The position numbers and the translations under genes were made by a program. A stretch of 64,000 nucleotides of DNA from Myxococcota bacterium (GTDB taxonomy: Bacteria > Myxococcota_A > Polyangia > Nannocystales > Nannocystaceae), in assembly GCA_039194325.1 (NCBI GenBank), contig JBCCWC010000004.1, forward strand, positions 1 to 64,000, read 5' to 3'. Below are positions 61,879-64,000 of the stretch, piece by piece; the first letter of the stretch is position 1, and each line of letters begins with the position of its first letter. The notes below the pieces were generated by a model. The model had not been told where the DNA came from. It saw only the letters and a list, made by a program, of their open reading frames with translations, and ran no database searches.

Positions 61879-64000
61879 ATGACCGGACCTAACGCGACGA
61901 CCAACCCACGCAAGCGACTGCTCCTTGGACTCACCGCCCTCGCTGTGATCGGGGCCACAGCTGCGCTGGTCGTCCTCAAGCCGTGGAAGACCCCGCCACC
62001 CGTGACCACCGCCCAGCTCGCCGCCAAGCTTGAGCTGGCTGCGGGCGAGGTGCTGCTCGAGACCAGCGAAGGCGACGACGCGGGCCGGCGCGTACTCTCC
62101 GGGACGCCGCTGCCCGAAGGTGCCCGCCTGCGCACTGGGCCCGGCGCCCGCGCGCTCGTTCGACTCGGCGACGGCGCGCGGATCTACCTCGACGAAGGAG
62201 CCGCGGTGCAGCTGCAAGACGGGCTCGTGCTCCACGAGGGACGAGCTTGGCTCGACGCCCCGAGGCTGGAGCGGGGACAGACGCCAACCCCCCACCGGGT
62301 CGGTGACGCCACGGTCGCGCTCTCGGAGGGCGGCGCCAGCCTGGAGCTCCGCGACGAAGCGGTCACCGTCTACGTTGCCGAGGGCTTGGCGATCGTCACC
62401 GGTCCGGGTGGCCGCACCGAGGTCGCCGCCGGCGAGCGGGTGCGGATCGAGGGATCCAGCGCCCCCGCCGTGCAGCCGGTGGCGTTCTGGGACGACTGGA
62501 CCGGAGGCATGGGCGATCGCAGCGGCCTCGGCGGTCGGCGCTCGGTGGGCTCGGGCAGCCTCTACGCCGTCGATCGCCGCGCGGCCCCGGGCTCACCCGC
62601 CCTCCCCTTGCAGATCCAGAGCCAGTCGGTGCAGGTGGTCATGCGCGACGAGCTGGCCGAGACAAAGGTGGATCAGCGCTTCTTCAACCCCTCGGGGCGC
62701 GACGTGGAGGGCTACTATTGGTTTACGATCCCCGAGGGCAGCCACCTGGTGAGCTTTGCCCTCGAGACCAACGGCCAGCTCGTCGAGGGCGAGATCGTCG
62801 AGCGCAAGGAGGCAGCAGCGACCTACGAGGCCGCGGTGCAGCGCGCCAACGATCCAGCGCTGCTCGAGTGGATCGACGAGCACACGGTCCGCGCCCGGAT
62901 CTTCCCCGTGCCCTCGCTTGGCACCCGGCGGATCGTAGTGCGCTACCAACAGCTGCTGACCGAAGCCGAGGGCAAGCTACGCTACAGCTACCCCCTGGCC
63001 GGACCGGTGGGCAAGCAGACCGCGAGCATCGAGGACTTCTCGCTCGCCGTCGACCTGGGCGAGCTGAGCCAGCGCTACGACGTAGCCACCCTGGCCGAAG
63101 CCCGGCTCGAAGACAACGGCCAGCGGATCACGATGCGCCGTAGCGGATACACCCCGCGCGCCGACTTTCAGCTGGAGCTGACCCGCAAGCCCGGTCAGGA
63201 GCCACCGCCGCTGCGGCTGTCCATGCTGGAGCCCGGCGGCGACCAGGCTCGCTACGTCATGGTGCGCTACACCCCCACCGTCGATTTCGACGCGGTGCCC
63301 ATGCCCAAGGGGCAGGTCGTGGTCGTGGTCGACACCTCGGCCGCAGGCGATCCCGCCGAGTACCAGACCCGGCTCGCGGTGGCAGAGGCCTTCTTGCGCA
63401 GCCTGAGCACGGACGACGAGTTTGCGGTGATGAGCGCCGACGTACGCGCACAGGTGCTCTATCCGGACTCGGCGCCCGACTCGGCAATGGCCCCGGCCGA
63501 GCCCCAGGCCGTGTCCGCCGCGCTCGAACGACTGGCTGAGCACGGCACCGGCGGCGCCACCGATCTGGGCGCGATCTTCGAGCTGGCGCTCGCTCGGGTC
63601 CACGGGCAAGAGCAGCCCGCCATCGTCTACATCGGCGACGGCCTGGCCACCAGCGGAGAACGAGGTGGCGATGCCCTCGCCGAGCGTCTGCGCCGAAGCA
63701 TGACCGGCTCCCGCGCACGGCTGTTCACCGTGGGCGTGGGGCAAGAGGTCGACGAGCCCCTCCTGTCCGGGCTGGCCCGTATAGGCGGCGGAATCAACGT
63801 GCGGGTGCAGACCCCCGAGCAAGCAATCGTGCGCGCGCTCGAGCTGTCCGGGGCGCTCAAGACCCCCACCATCACCGATCTACGGATCGATCTGGGCGAA
63901 GGGCTCGACGACGTATTCACCAGCACGACCGGCAAGCTCTCACGCGGCCAGGGGCTGGTGCTGCTCGCCCGCACCCATCACGATCTACCCGACGAGGTCA
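61879..64000 (+). CDS. Membrane-anchored FecR-like + VIT + vWA domain protein (runs off the window)
   Basis: Frame translated by hand from ATG 61879: TM LLLGLTALAVIGATAALVVL; VIT motifs DQRFFNP...VEGYYWF and DPALLEW; vWA motifs VVVDTS, GATDL, YIGDG and FTVGVG. Absent from the ORF track because no stop codon lies in the window. Confidence 0.85.
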   Translation, partial: MTGPNATTNPRKRLLLGLTALAVIGATAALVVLKPWKTPPPVTTAQLAAKLELAAGEVLLETSEGDDAGRRVLSGTPLPEGARLRTGPGARALVRLGDGARIYLDEGAAVQLQDGLVLHEGRAWLDAPRLERGQTPTPHRVGDATVALSEGGASLELRDEAVTVYVAEGLAIVTGPGGRTEVAAGERVRIEGSSAPAVQPVAFWDDWTGGMGDRSGLGGRRSVGSGSLYAVDRRAAPGSPALPLQIQSQSVQVVMRDELAETKVDQRFFNPSGRDVEGYYWFTIPEGSHLVSFALETNGQLVEGEIVERKEAAATYEAAVQRANDPALLEWIDEHTVRARIFPVPSLGTRRIVVRYQQLLTEAEGKLRYSYPLAGPVGKQTASIEDFSLAVDLGELSQRYDVATLAEARLEDNGQRITMRRSGYTPRADFQLELTRKPGQEPPPLRLSMLEPGGDQARYVMVRYTPTVDFDAVPMPKGQVVVVVDTSAAGDPAEYQTRLAVAEAFLRSLSTDDEFAVMSADVRAQVLYPDSAPDSAMAPAEPQAVSAALERLAEHGTGGATDLGAIFELALARVHGQEQPAIVYIGDGLATSGERGGDALAERLRRSMTGSRARLFTVGVGQEVDEPLLSGLARIGGGINVRVQTPEQAIVRALELSGALKTPTITDLRIDLGEGLDDVFTSTTGKLSRGQGLVLLARTHHDLPDEV

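Overview
High-GC window whose gene content (MYXO-CTERM-type and CGDG cysteine-repeat proteins, Ser/Thr kinases, a large gliding-motility-type TPR protein) points to a myxobacterium, probably Nannocystaceae-like (inference). It holds about 35 CDSs. Highlights: (1) At 10.5-11.5 kb on the minus strand is a compact RNA locus: a sigma70-like promoter, a thrL-like Thr/Val/Ile-rich leader peptide, two tandem covarying ~70-nt hairpins resembling the SRP RNA S domain, then three non-canonical tRNAs (Thr-AGT, Val-TAC, Ile-GAT) with a further leader ORF and hairpins between them, and an orphan XRE HTH gene. (2) Archaeal-type gatE-gatD lies on the same strand as glnS and 2.6 kb upstream of it; the gap contains an ABC-type ATPase, a frameshifted DUF4276/TOPRIM-like gene and a Uma2 nuclease. 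(3) Two tandem lipoproteins fuse a copper monooxygenase domain to a cytochrome c-like domain. (4) A coupled P-loop ATPase-TPR gene pair. (5) Window-wide patterns: tandem micro-duplications of gene ends, a REP-like element between convergent genes, and apparent leaderless promoters. Product calls come from motif recognition only; no database searches were run, and several start codons are estimates.
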